Shown here: one piece after another, positions 42,401-57,700 of the stretch
How the letters are laid out: each line of letters opens with the position of its first letter
Numbering within the stretch: the first letter of the stretch is position 1
Source of the DNA: Auanema rhodensis
Lineage: Eukaryota; Animalia; Nematoda
Direction: 5' to 3'
DNA: 64,000 bases
NCBI GenBank assembly: GCA_964057225.1
Contig: OZ059894.1
Coordinates: 21,452,001 to 21,516,000, forward strand
Position numbers and translations under genes: made by a program
Notes under the pieces: generated by a model
What the model was told of the DNA's origin: nothing
The model's database searches: none
What the model saw: only the letters and a program-made list of their open reading frames with translations

Positions 42401-43485
42401 TTCCAAAAACATTTTGACAAAAATTTTTTCGAGAAATTTCAAAATAATTTAGCAAAAAGTAGATGTTTTTAGATTCCTTTTTTCAAGGCAAAGACGATGG
42501 ACAATGTTATTCAACGAAAAAATTAATTCTTCAGGGTGAAAATCGAGGATATAAGTGTGAACTTATATCAGTTGATATCTCGGTGCATTTTTAAGCTAGC
42601 GCAAATCTGATAACACAGATCGACGCAGCTTAAAAATCCGCATCGAATGCACTATACTACATTGAGAAACGCTTAATACAAAAATTAGTTATGATCGTTT
42701 GAAAAATGATGCATTAGTGTATGTTGAGTTTCCATGTACACTCAACATTGCTTCCAAAAACATTTTGACAAAAATTTTTTCGAAAAATTTCAAAATAATT
42801 TAGCAAAAAGTAGATGTTTTTAGATTCCTTTTTTCAAGGCAAAGACGATGGACAATGTTATTCAACGAAAAAATTAATTCTTCAGGGTGAAAATCGAGGA
42901 TATAAGTGTGAACTTATATCAGTTGATATCTCGGTGCATTTTTAAGCTAGCGCAAATCTGATAACACAGATCGACGCAGCTTAAAAATCCGCATCGAATG
43001 CACTATACTACATTGAGAAACGCTCAATACAAAAATTAGTTATGATCGTTTGAAAAATGATGCATTAGTGTATGTTGAGTTTCCATGTACACTCAACATT
43101 GCTTCCAAAAACATTTTGACAAAAATTTTTTCGAGAAATTTCAAAATAATTTAGCAAAAAGTAGATGTTTTTAGATTCCTTTTTTCAAGGCAAAGACGAT
43201 GGACAATGTTATTCAACGAAAAAATTAATTCTTCAGGGTGAAATTCGAGGATATAAGTGTGAACTTATATCAGTTGATATCTCGGTGCATTTTTAAGCTA
43301 GCGCAAATCTGATAACACAGATCGACGCAGCTTAAAAATCCGCATCGAATGCACTATACTACATTGAAAAACGCTTAATACAAAAATTAGTTATGATCGT
43401 TTGAAAAATGATGCATTAGTGTATGTTGAGTTTCCATGTACACTCAACATTGCTTCCAAAAACATTTTGACAAAAATTTTTTCGA

Positions 43486-46400
43486 AAAATTTCAAAATAA
43501 TTTAGCAAAAAGTAGATGTTTTTAGATTCCTTTTTTCAAGGCAAAGACGATGGACAATGTTATTCAACGAAAAAATTAATTCTTCAGGGTGAAAATCGAG
43601 GATATAAGTGTGAACTTATATCAGTTGATATCTCGGTGCATTTTTAAGCTAGCGCAAATCTGATAACACAGATCGACGCAGCTTAAAAATCCGCATCGAA
43701 TGCACTATACTACATTGAGAAACGCTTAATACAAAAATTAGTTATGATCGTTTGAAAAATGATGCATTAGTGTATGTTGAGTTTCCATGTACACTCAACA
43801 TTGCTTCCAAAAACATTTTGACAAAAATTTTTTCGAAAAATTTCAAAATAATTTAGCAAAAAGTAGATGTTTTTAGATTCCTTTTTTCAAGGCAAAGACG
43901 ATGGACAATGTTATTCAACGAAAAAATTAATTCTTCAGGGTGAAAATCGAGGATATAAGTGTGAACTTATATCAGTTGATATCTCGGTGCATTTTTAAGC
44001 TAGCGCAAATCTGATAACACAGATCGACGCAGCTTAAAAATCCGCATCGAATGCACTATACTACATTGAGAAACGCTCAATACAAAAATTAGTTATGATC
44101 GTTTGAAAAATGATGCATTAGTGTATGTTGAGTTTCCATGTACACTCAACATTGCTTCCAAAAACATTTTGACAAAAATTTTTTCGAAAAATTTCAAAAT
44201 AATTTAGCAAAAAGTAGATGTTTTTAGATTCCTTTTTTCAAGGCAAAGACGATGGACAATGTTATTCAACGAAAAAATTAATTCTTCAGGGTGAAAATCG
44301 AGGATATAAGTGTGAACTTATATCAGTTGATATCTCGGTGCATTTTTAAGCTAGCGCAAATCTGATAACACAGATCGACGCAGCTTAAAAATCCGCATCG
44401 AATGCACTATACTACATTGAGAAACGCTCAATACAAAAATTAGTTATGATCGTTTGAAAAATGATGCATTAGTGTATGTTGAGTTTCCATGTACACTCAA
44501 CATTGCTTCCAAAAACATTTTGACAAAAATTTTTTCGAGAAATTTCAAAATAATTTAGCAAAAAGTAGATGTTTTTAGATTCCTTTTTTCAAGGCAAAGA
44601 CGATGGACAATGTTATTCAACGAAAAAATTAATTCTTCAGGGTGAAAATCGAGGATATAAGTGTGAACTTATATCAGTTGATATCTCGGTGCATTTTTAA
44701 GCTAGCGCAAATCTGATAACACAGATCGACGCAGCTTAAAAATCCGCATCGAATGCACTATACTACATTGAAAAACGCTTAATACAAAAATTAGTTATGA
44801 TCGTTTGAAAAATGATGCATTAGTGTATGTTGAGTTTCCATGTACACTCAACATTGCTTCCAAAAACATTTTGACAAAAATTTTTTCGAGAAATTTCAAA
44901 ATAATTTAGCAAAAAGTAGATGTTTTTAGATTCCTTTTCTCAAGGCAAAGACGATGGACAATGTTATTCAACGAAAAAATTAATTCTTCAGGGTGAAAAT
45001 CGAGGATATAAGTGTGAACTTATATCAGTTGATATCTCGGTGCATTTTTAAGCTAGCGCAAATCTGATAACACAGATCGACGCAGCTTAAAAATCCGCAT
45101 CGAATGCACTATACTACATTGAAAAACGCTTAATACAAAAATTAGTTATGATCGTTTGAAAAATGATGCATTAGTGTATGTTGAGTTTCCATGTACACTC
45201 AACATTGCTTCCAAAAACATTTTGACAAAAATTTTTTCGAAAAATTTCAAAATAATTTAGCAAAAAGTAGATGTTTTTAGATTCCTTTTTTCAAGGCAAA
45301 GACGATGGACAATGTTATTCAACGAAAAAATTAATTCTTCAGGGTGAAAATCGAGGATATAAGTGTGAACTTATATCAGTTGATATCTCGGTGCATTTTT
45401 AAGCTAGCGCAAATCTGATAACACAGATCGACGCAGCTTAAAAATCCGCATCAAATGCACTATACTACATTGAGAAACGTTTAATACAAAAATTAGTTAT
45501 GATCGTTTGAAAAATGATGCATTAGTGTATGTTGAGTTTCCATGTACACTCAACATTGCTTCCAAAAACATTTTGACAAAAATTTTTTCGAAAAATTTCA
45601 AAATAATTTAGCAAAAAGTAGATGTTTTTAGATTCCTTTTTTCAAGGCAAAGACGATGGACAATGTTATTCAACGAAAAAATTAATTCTTCAGGGTGAAA
45701 ATCGAGGATATAAGTGTGAACTTATATCAGTTGATATCTCGGTGCATTTTTAAGCTAGCGCAAATCTGATAACACAGATCGACGCAGCTTAAAAATCCGC
45801 ATCGAATGCACTATACTACATTGAGAAACGCTTAATACAAAAATTAGTTATGATCGTTTGAAAAATGATGCATTAGTGTATGTTGAGTTTCCATGTACAC
45901 TCAACATTGCTTCCAAAAACATTTTGACAAAAATTTTTTCGAAAAATTTCAAAATAATTTAGCAAAAAGTAGATGTTTTTAGATTCCTTTTTTCAAGGCA
46001 AAGACGATGGACAATGTTATTCAACGAAAAAATTAATTCTTCAGGGTGAAAATCGAGGATATAAGTGTGAACTTATATCAGTTGATATCTCGGTGCATTT
46101 TTAAGCTAGCGCAAATCTGATAACACAGATCGACGCAGCTTAAAAATCCGCATCGAATGCACTATACTACATTGAGAAACGCTCAATACAAAAATTAGTT
46201 ATGATCGTTTGAAAAATGATGCATTAGTGTATGTTGAGTTTCCATGTACACTCAACATTGCTTCCAAAAACATTTTGACAAAAATTTTTTCGAAAAATTT
46301 CAAAATAATTTAGCAAAAAGTAGATGTTTTTAGATTCCTTTTTTCAAGGCAAAGACGATGGACAATGTTATTCAACGAAAAAATTAATTCTTCAGGGTGA

Positions 46401-47697
46401 AAATCGAGGATATAAGTGTGAACTTATATCAGTTGATATCTCGGTGCATTTTTAAGCTAGCGCAAATCTGATAACACAGATCGACGCAGCTTAAAAATCC
46501 GCATCGAATGCACTATACTACATTGAGAAACGCTCAATACAAAAATTAGTTATGATCGTTTGAAAAATGATGCATTAGTGTATGTTGAGTTTCCATGTAC
46601 ACTCAACATTGCTTCCAAAAACATTTTGACAAAAATTTTTTCGAGAAATTTCAAAATAATTTAGCAAAAAGTAGATGTTTTTAGATTCCTTTTTTCAAGG
46701 CAAAGACGATGGACAATGTTATTCAACGAAAAAATTAATTCTTCAGGGTGAAAATCGAGGATATAAGTGTGAACTTATATCAGTTGATATCTCGGTGCAT
46801 TTTTAAGCTAGCGCAAATCTGATAACACAGATCGACGCAGCTTAAAAATCCGCATCGAATGCACTATACTACATTGAAAAACGCTTAATACAAAAATTAG
46901 TTATGATCGTTTGAAAAATGATGCATTAGTGTATGTTGAGTTTCCATGTACACTCAACATTGCTTCCAAAAACATTTTGACAAAAATTTTTTCGAGAAAT
47001 TTCAAAATAATTTAGCAAAAAGTAGATGTTTTTAGATTCCTTTTCTCAAGGCAAAGACGATGGACAATGTTATTCAACGAAAAAATTAATTCTTCAGGGT
47101 GAAAATCGAGGATATAAGTGTGAACTTATATCAGTTGATATCTCGGTGCATTTTTAAGCTAGCGCAAATCTGATAACACAGATCGACGCAGCTTAAAAAT
47201 CCGCATCGAATGCACTATACTACATTGAAAAACGCTTAATACAAAAATTAGTTATGATCGTTTGAAAAATGATGCATTAGTGTATGTTGAGTTTCCATGT
47301 ACACTCAACATTGCTTCCAAAAACATTTTGACAAAAATTTTTTCGAAAAATTTCAAAATAATTTAGCAAAAAGTAGATGTTTTTAGATTCCTTTTTTCAA
47401 GGCAAAGACGATGGACAATGTTATTCAACGAAAAAATTAATTCTTCAGGGTGAAAATCGAGGATATAAGTGTGAACTTATATCAGTTGATATCTCGGTGC
47501 ATTTTTAAGCTAGCGCAAATCTGATAACACAGATCGACGCAGCTTAAAAATCCGCATCAAATGCACTATACTACATTGAGAAACGTTTAATACAAAAATT
47601 AGTTATGATCGTTTGAAAAATGATGCATTAGTGTATGTTGAGTTTCCATGTACACTCAACATTGCTTCCAAAAACATTTTGACAAAAATTTTTTCGA
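43486..47697 (+). repeat. 6-monomer (2106-bp) HOR, 2 apparently identical copies
   Basis: CTCAAT at 44078/46184 and 44429/46535, TTTTCTCAAG at 44939/47045, CATCAAATG at 45453/47559 and AAACGTTT at 45480/47586. Confidence 0.9.
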
Positions 47698-50600
47698 AAA
47701 ATTTCAAAATAATTTAGCAAAAAGTAGATGTTTTTAGATTCCTTTTTTCAAGGCAAAGACGATGGACAATGTTATTCAACGAAAAAATTAATTCTTCAGG
47801 GTGAAAATCGAGGATATAAGTGTGAACTTATATCAGTTGATATCTCGGTGCATTTTCAAGCTAGCGCAAATCTGATAACACAGAACGACGCAGCTTAAAA
47901 ATCCGCATCGAATGCACTATACTACATTGAGAAACGCTTAATACAAAAATTAGTTATGATCGTTTGAAAAATGATGCATTAGTGTATGTTGAGTTTCCAT
48001 GTACACTCAACATTGCTTCCAAAAACATTTTGACAGAAATTTTTTCGAAAAATTTCAAAATAATTTAGCAAAAAGTAGTAATTTTAGATTCCATTTTTCA
48101 AGGCAAAGACGATGGACAATGTTATTCAACGAAAAAATTAATTCTTCAGGGTGAAAATCGAGGATATAAGTGTGAACTTATATCAGTTGATATCTCGGTG
48201 CATTTTTAAGCTAGCGCAAATCTGATAACACAGATCGACGCAGCTTAAAAATCCGCATCGAATGCACTATACTACATTGAGAAACGCTTAATACAAAAAT
48301 TAGTTATGATCGTTTGAAAAATGATGCATTAGTGTATGTTGAGTTTCCATGTACACTCAACATTGCTTCCAAAAACATTTTGACAAAAATTTTTTCGAAA
48401 AATTTCAAAATAATTTAGCAAAAAGTAGATGTTTTTAGATTCCTTTTTTCAAGGCAAAGACGATGGACAATGTTATTCAACGAAAAAATTAATTCTTCAG
48501 GGTGAAAATCGAGGATATAAGTGTGAATTTATATCAGTTGATATCTCGGTGCATTTTTAAGCTAGCGCAAATCTGATAACACAGAACGACGCAGCTTAAA
48601 AATCCGCATCGAATGCACTATACTACATTGAGAAACGCTTAATACAAAAATTAGTTATGATCGTTTGAAAAATGATGCATTAGTGTATGTTGAGTTTCCA
48701 TGTACACTCAACATTGCTTCCAAAAACATTTTGACAAAAATTTTTTTGAAAAATTTCAAAATAATTTAGCAAAAAGTAGATGTTTTTAGATTCCTTTTTT
48801 CAAGGCAAAGACGATGGACAATGTTATTCAACGAAAAAATTAATTCTTCAGGGTGAAAATCGAGGATATAAGTGTGAACTTATATCAGTTGATATCTCGG
48901 TGCATTTTTAAGCTAGCGCAAATCTGATAACACAGAACGACGCAGCTTAAAAATCCGCATCGAATGCACTATACTACATTGAGAAACGCTTAATACAAAA
49001 ATTAGTTATGATCGTTTGAAAAATGATGCATTAGTGTATGTTGAGTTTCCATGTACACTCAACATTGCTTCCAAAAACATTTTGACAAAAATTTTTTCGA
49101 GAAATTTCAAAATAATTTAGCAAAAAGTAGATGTTTTTAGATTCCTTTTTTCAAGGCAAAGACGATGGACAATGTTATTCAACGAAAAAATTAATTCTTC
49201 AGGGTGAAAATCGAGGATATAAGTGTGAACTTATATCAGTATATATCTCGGTGCATTTTTAAGCTAGTGCAAATCTGATAACACAGATCGACGCAGCTTA
49301 AAAATCCGCATCGAATGCACTATACTACATTGAGAAACGCTTAATACAAAAATTAGTTATGATCGTTTGAAAAATGATGCATTAGTGTATGTTGAGTTTC
49401 CATGTACACTCAACATTGCTTCCAAAAACATTTTGACAAAAATTTTTTCGAAAAATTTCAAAATAATTTAACAAAAAGTAGATGTTTTTAGATTCCTTTT
49501 TTCAAGGCAAAGACGATGGACAATGTTATTCAACGAAAAAATTAATTCTTCAGGGTGAAAATCGAGGATATAAGTGTGAACTTATATCAGTTGATATCTC
49601 GGTGCATTTTTAAGCTAGCGCAAATCTGATAACACAGATCGACGCAGCTTAAAAATCCGCATCGAATGCACTATACTACATTGAGAAACGCTCAATACAA
49701 AAATTAGTTATGATCGTTTGAAAAATGATGCATTAGTGTATGTTGAGTTTCCATGTACACTCAACATTGCTTCCAAAAACATTTTGACAAAAATTTTTTC
49801 GAAAAATTTCAAAATAATTTAGCAAAAAGTAGATGTTTTTAGATTCCTTTTTTCAAGGCAAAGACGATAGACAATGTTATTCAACGAAAAAATTAATTCT
49901 TCAGGGTGAAAATCGAGGATATAAGTGTGAACTTATATCAGTTGATATCTCGGTGCATTTTTAAGCTAGCGCAAATCTGATAACACAGATCGACGCAGCT
50001 TAAAAATCCGCATCGAATGCACTATACTACATTGAGAAACGCTTAATACAAAAATTAGTTATGATCGTTTGAAAAATGATGCATTAGTGTATGTTGAGTT
50101 TCCATGTACACTCAACATTGCTTCCAAAAACATTTTGACAAAAATTTTTTCGAAAAATTTCAAAATAATTTAGCAAAAAGTAGATGTTTTTAGATTCCTT
50201 CTTTTCAAGGCAAAGACGATAGACAATGTTATTCAACGAAAAAATTAATTCTTCAGGGTGAAAATCGAGGATATAAGTGTGAACTTATATCAGTTGATAT
50301 CTCGGTGCATTTTTAAGCTAGCGCAAATCTGATAACACATATCGACGCAGCTTAAAAATCCGCATCGAATGCACTATACTACATTGAGAAACGCTTAATA
50401 CAAAAATTAGTTATGATCGTTTGAAAAATGATGCATTAGTGTATGTTGAGTTTCCATGTACACTCAACATTGCTTCCAAAAACATTTTGACAAAAATTTT
50501 TTTGAAAAATTTCAAAATAATTTAGCAAAAAGTAGATGTTTTTAGATTCCTTTTTTCAAGGCAAAGACGATGGACAATGTTATTCAACGAAAAAATTAAT

Positions 50601-53600
50601 TCTTCAGGGTGAAAATCGAGGATATAAGTGTGAACTTATATCAGTTGATATCTCGGTGCATTTTCAAGCTAGCGCAAATCTGATAACACAGAACGACGCA
50701 GCTTAAAAATCCGCATCGAATGCACTATACTACATTGAGAAACGCTTAATACAAAAATTAGTTATGATCGTTTGAAAAATGATGCATTAGTGTATGTTGA
50801 GTTTCCATGTACACTCAACATTGCTTCCAAAAACATTTTGACAAAAATTTTTTCAAAAAATTTCAAAATAATTTAGCAAAAAGTAGTAATTTTAGATTCC
50901 ATTTTTCAAGGCAAAGACGATGGACAATGTTATTCAACGAAAAAATTAATTCTTCAGGGTGAAAATCGAGGATATAAGTGTGAACTTATATCAGTTGATA
51001 TCTCGGTGCATTTTTAAGCTAGCGCAAATCTGATAACACAGATCGACGCAGCTTAAAAATCCGCATCGAATGCACTATACTACATTGAGAAACGCTTAAT
51101 ACAAAAATTAGTTATGATCGTTTGAAAAATGATGCATTAGTGTATGTTGAGTTTCCATGTACACTCAACATTGCTTCCAAAAACATTTTGACAAAAATTT
51201 TTTCGAAAAATTTCAAAATAATTTAGCAAAAAGTAGATGTTTTTAGATTCCTTTTTTCAAGGCAAAGACGATGGACAATGTTATTCAACGAAAAAATTAA
51301 TTCTTCAGGGTGAAAATCGAGGATATAAGTGTGAATTTATATCAGTTGATATCTCGGTGCATTTTTAAGCTAGCGCAAATCTGATAACACAGAACGACGC
51401 AGCTTAAAAATCCGCATCGAATGCACTATACTACATTGAGAAACGCTTAATACAAAAATTAGTTATGATCGTTTGAAAAATGATGCATTAGTGTATGTTG
51501 AGTTTCCATGTACACTCAACATTGCTTCCAAAAACATTTTGACAAAAATTTTTTTGAAAAATTTCAAAATAATTTAGCAAAAAGTAGATGTTTTTAGATT
51601 CCTTTTTTCAAGACAAAGACGATGGACAATGTTATTCAACGAAAAAATTAATTCTTCAGGGTGAAAATCGAGGATATAAGTGTGAACTTATATCAGTTGA
51701 TATCTCGGTGCATTTTTAAGCTAGCGCAAATCTGATAACACAGAACGACGCAGCTTAAAAATCCGCATCGAATGCACTATACTACATTGAGAAACGCTTA
51801 ATACAAAAATTAGTTATGATCGTTTGAAAAATGATGCATTAGTGTATGTTGAGTTTCCATGTACACTCAACATTGCTTCCAAAAACATTTTGACAAAAAT
51901 TTTTTCGAGAAATTTCAAAATAATTTAGCAAAAAGTAGATGTTTTTAGATTCCTTTTTTCGAGGCAAAGACGATGGACAATGTTATTCAACGAAAAAATT
52001 AATTCTTCAGGGTGAAAATCGAGGATATAAGTGTGAACTTATATCAGTTGATATCTCGGTGCATTTTTAAGCTAGCCCAAATCTGATAACACAGATCGAC
52101 GCAGCTTAAAAATCCGCATCGAATGCACTATACTACATTGAGAAACGCTTAATACAAAAATTAGTTATGATCGTTTGAAAAATGATGCATTAGTGTATGT
52201 TGAGTTTCGATGTACACTCAACATTGCTTCCAAAAACATTTTGACAAAAATTTTTTCGAAAAATTTCAAAATAATTTAGCAAAAAGTAGATGTTTTCAGA
52301 TTCCTTTTTTCAAGGCAAAGACGATGGACAATGTTATTCAACGAAAAAATTAATTCTTCAGGGTGAAAATCGAGGATATAAGTGTGAACTTATATCAGTT
52401 GATATCTCGGTGCATTTTTAAGCTAGCGCAAATCTGATAACACAGATCGACGCAGCTTAAAAATCCGCATCGAATGCACTATACTACATTGAGAAACGCT
52501 CAATACAAAAATTAGTTATGATCGTTTGAAAAATGATGCATTAGTGTATGTTGAGTTTCCATGTACACTCAACATTGCTTCCAAAAACATTTTGACAAAA
52601 ATTTTTTCGAGAAATTTCAAAATAATTTAGCAAAAAGTAGATGTTTTTAGATTCCTTTTTTCAAGGCAAAGACGATGGACAATGTTATTCAACGAAAAAA
52701 TTAATTCTTCAGGGTGAAAATCGAGGATATAAGTGTGAACTTATATCAGTTGATATCTCGGTGCATTTTTAAGCTAGCGCAAATCTGATAACACAGATCG
52801 ACGCAGCTTAAAAATCCGCATCGAATGCACTATACTACATTGAGAAACGCTTAATACAAAAATTAGTTATGATCGTTTGAAAAATGATGCATTAGTGTAT
52901 GTTGAGTTTCCATGTACACTCAACATTGCTTCCAAAAACATTTTGACAAAAATTTTTTCGAAAAATTTCAAAATAATTTAGCAAAAAGTAGATGTTTTTA
53001 GATTCCTTTTTTCAAGGCAAAGACGATGGACAATGTTATTCAACGAAAAAATTAATTCTTCAGGGTGAAAATCGAGGATATAAGTGTGAACTTATATCAG
53101 TTGATATCTCGGTGCATTTTTAAGCTAGCGCAAATCTGATAACACAGATCGACGCAGCTTAAAAATCCGCATCGAATGCACTATACTACATTGAGAAACG
53201 CTCAATACAAAAATTAGTTATGATCGTTTGAAAAATGATGCATTAGTGTATGTTGAGTTTCCATGTACACTCAACATTGCTTCCAAAAACATTTTGACAA
53301 AAATTTTTTCGAAAAATTTCAAAATAATTTAGCAAAAAGTAGATGTTTTTAGATTCCTTTTCTCAAGGCAAAGACGATAGACAATGTTATTCAACGAAAA
53401 AATTAATTCTTCAGGGTGAAAATCGAGGATATAAGTGTGAACTTATATCAGTTGATATCTCGGTGCATTTTTAAGCTAGCGCAAATCTGATAACACAGAT
53501 CGACGCAGCTTAAAAATCCGCATCGAATGCACTATACTACATTGAGAAACGCTTAATACAAAAATTAGTTATGATCGTTTGAAAAATGATGCATTAGTGT

Positions 53601-54015
53601 ATGTTGAGTTTCCATGTACACTCAACATTGCTTCCAAAAACATTTTAACAAAAATTTTTTCGAAAAATTTCAAAATAATTTAGCAAAAAGTAGATGTTTT
53701 TAGATTCCTTCTTTTCAAGGCAAAGACGATAGACAATGTTATTCAACGAAAAAATTAATTCTTCAGGGTGAAAATCGAGGATATAAGTGTGAACTTATAT
53801 CAGTTGATATCTCGGTGCATTTTTAAGCTAGCGCAAATCTGATAACACATATCGACGCAGCTTAAAAATCCGCATCGAATGCACTATACTACATTGAGAA
53901 ACGCTTAATACAAAAATTAGTTATGATCGTTTGAAAAATGATGCATTAGTGTATGTTGAGTTTCCATGTACACTCAACATTGCTTCCAAAAACATTTTGA
54001 CAAAAATTTTTTTGA
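47698..54015 (+). repeat. Duplicated block: an 8-monomer copy (47698-50505) followed by a 10-monomer copy (50506-54015)
   Basis: 5' markers are 2808 apart (TTTTCAAG 47857/50665, GTAGTAATTTT 48079/50887, GAATTTAT 48528/51336). 3' markers are 3510 apart (GATAGAC 49869/53379, +C insertion 50201/53711, CACATATCG 50340/53850). Confidence 0.85.
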
Positions 54016-54717
54016 AAAATTTCAAAATAATTTAGCAAAAAGTAGATGTTTTTAGATTCCTTTTTTCAAGGCAAAGACGATGGACAATGTTATTCAACGA
54101 AAAAATTAATTCTTCAGGGTGAAAATCGAGGATATAAGTGTGAACTTATATCAGTTGATATCTCGGTGCATTTTTAAGCTAGCGCAAATCTGATAACACA
54201 GAACGACGCAGCTTAAAAATCCGCATCGAATGCACTATACTACATTGAGAAACGCTTAATACAAAAATTAGTTATGATCGTTTGAAAAATGATGCATTAG
54301 TGTATGTTGAGTTTCCATGTACACTCAACATTGCTTCCAAAAACATTTTGACAAAAATTGTTTCGAAAAATTTCAAAATAATTTAGCAAAAAGTAGATGT
54401 TTTTAGATTCCTTTTTTCAAGGCAAAGACGATGGACAATGTTATTCAACGAAAAAATTAATTCTTCAGGGTGAAAATCGAGGATATAAGTGTGAACTTAT
54501 ATCAGTTGATATCTCGGTGCATTTTTAAGCTAGCGCAAATCTGATAACACAGAACGACGCAGCTTAAAAATCCGCATCGAATGCACTATACTACATTGAG
54601 AAACGCTTAATACAAAAATTAGTTATGATCGTTTGAAAAATGATGCATTAGTGTATGTTGAGTTTCCATGTACACTCAACATTGCTTCCAAAAACATTTT
54701 GACAAAAATTTTTTCGA

Positions 54718-57700
54718 GAAATTTCAAAATAATTTAGCAAAAAGTAGATGTTTTTAGATTCCTTTTTTCAAGGCAAAGACGATGGACAATGTTATTCAAC
54801 GAAAAAATTAATTCTTCAGGGTGAAAATCAAGGATATAAGTGTGAACTTATATCAGTTGATATCTCGGTGCATTTTTAAGCTAGCGCAAATCTGATAACA
54901 CAGATCGACGCAGCTTAAAAATCCGCATCGAATGCACTATACTACATTGAGAAACGCTTAATACAAAAATTAGTTATGATCGTTTGAAAAATGATGCATT
55001 AGTGTATGTTGAGTTTCCATGTACACTCAACATTGCTTCCAAAAACATTTTGACAAAAATTTTTTCGAAAAATTTCAAAATAATTTAGCAAAAAGTAGAT
55101 GTTTTTAGATTCCTTTTTTCAAGGCAAAGACGATGGACAATGTTATTCAACGAAAAAATTAATTCTTCAGGGTGAAAATCGAGGATATAAGTGTGAACTT
55201 ATATCAGTTGATATCTCGGTGCATTTTTAAGCTAGCGCAAATCTGATAACACAGATCGACGCAGCTTAAAAATCCGCATCGAATGCACTATACTACATTG
55301 AGAAACGCTCAATACAAAAATTAGTTATGATCGTTTGAAAAATGATGCATTAGTGTATGTTGAGTTTCCATGTACACTCAACATTGCTTCCAAAAACATT
55401 TTGACAAAAATTTTTTCGAAAAATTTCAAAATAATTTAGCAAAAAGTAGATGTTTTTAGATTCCTTTTTTCAAGGCAAAGACGATGGACAATGTTATTCA
55501 ACGAAAAAATTAATTCTTCAGGGTGAAAATCGAGGATATAAGTGTGAACTTATATCAGTTGATATCTCGGTGCATTTTTAAGCTAGCGCAAATCTGATAA
55601 CACAGAACGACGCAGCTTAAAAATTCGCATCGAATGCACTATACTACATTGAAAAACGCTTAATACAAAAATTAGTTATGATCGTTTGAAAAATGATGCA
55701 TTAGTGTATGTTGAGTTTCCATGTACACTCAACATTGCTTCCAAAAACATTTTGACAAAAATTTTTTCGAAAAATTTCAAAATAATTTAGCAAAAAGTAG
55801 ATGTTTTTAGATTCCTTTTTTCAAGGCAAAGACGATAGACAATGTTATTCAACGAAAAAATTAATTCTTCAGGGTGAAAATCGAGGATATAAGTGTGAAC
55901 TTATATCAGTTGATATCTCGGTGCATTTTTAAGCTAGCGCAAATCTGATAACACAGATCGACGCAGCTTAAAAATCCGCATCGAATGCACTATACTACAT
56001 TGAGAAACGCTTAATACAAAAATTAGTTATGATCGTTTGAAAAATGATGCATTAGTGTATGTTGAGTTTCCATGTACACTCAACATTGCTTCCAAAAACA
56101 TTTTGACAAAAATTTTTTCGAAAAATTTCAAAATAATTTAGCAAAAAGTAGATGTTTTTAGATTCCTTTTTTCAAGGCAAAGACGATGGACATTGTTATT
56201 CAACGAAAAAATTAATTCTTCAGGGTGAAAATCGAGGATATAAGTGTGAACTTATATCAGTTGATATCTCGGTGCATTTTTAAGCTAGCGCAAATCTGAT
56301 AACACAGAACGACGCAGCTTAAAAATCCGCATCGAATGCACTATACTACATTGAGAAACGCTTAATACAAAAATTAGTTATGATCGTTTGAAAAATGATG
56401 CATTAGTGTATGTTGAGTTTCCATGTACACTCAACATTGCTTCCAAAAACATTTTGACAAAAATTTTTTCGAGAAATTTCAAAATAATTTAGCAAAAAGT
56501 AGATGTTTTTAGATTCCTTTTTTCAAGGCAAAGACGATGGACAATGTTATTCAACGAAAAAATTAATTCTTCAGGGTGAAAATCAAGGATATAAGTGTGA
56601 ACTTATATCAGTTGATATCTCGGTGCATTTTTAAGCTAGCGCAAATCTGATAACACAGATCGACGCAGCTTAAAAATCCGCATCGAATGCACTATACTAC
56701 ATTGAGAAACGCTTAATACAAAAATTAGTTATGATCGTTTGAAAAATGATGCATTAGTGTATGTTGAGTTTCCATGTACACTCAACATTGCTTCCAAAAA
56801 CATTTTGACAAAAATTTTTTCGAAAAATTTCAAAATAATTTAGCAAAAAGTAGATGTTTTTAGATTCCTTTTTTCAAGGCAAAGACGATGGACAATGTTA
56901 TTCAACGAAAAAATTAATTCTTCAGGGTGAAAATCGAGGATATAAGTGTGAACTTATATCAGTTGATATCTCGGTGCATTTTTAAGCTAGCGCAAATCTG
57001 ATAACACAGATCGACGCAGCTTAAAAATCCGCATCGAATGCACTATACTACATTGAGAAACGCTCAATACAAAAATTAGTTATGATCGTTTGAAAAATGA
57101 TGCATTAGTGTATGTTGAGTTTCCATGTACACTCAACATTGCTTCCAAAAACATTTTGACAAAAATTTTTTCGAAAAATTTCAAAATAATTTAGCAAAAA
57201 GTAGATGTTTTTAGATTCCTTTTTTCAAGGCAAAGACGATGGACAATGTTATTCAACGAAAAAATTAATTCTTCAGGGTGAAAATCGAGGATATAAGTGT
57301 GAACTTATATCAGTTGATATCTCGGTGCATTTTTAAGCTAGCGCCAATCTGATAACACAGAACGACGCAGCTTAAAAATTCGCATCGAATGCACTATACT
57401 ACATTGAAAAACGCTTAATACAAAAATTAGTTATGATCGTTTGAAAAATGATGCATTAGTGTATGTTGAGTTTCCATGTACACTCAACATTGCTTCCAAA
57501 AACATTTTGACAAAAATTTTTTCGAAAAATTTCAAAATAATTTAGCAAAAAGTAGATGTTTTTAGATTCCTTTTTTCAAGGCAAAGACGATAGACAATGT
57601 TATTCAACGAAAAAATTAATTCTTCAGGGTGAAAATCGAGGATATAAGTGTGAACTTATATCAGTTGATATCTCGGTGCATTTTTAAGCTAGCGCAAATC

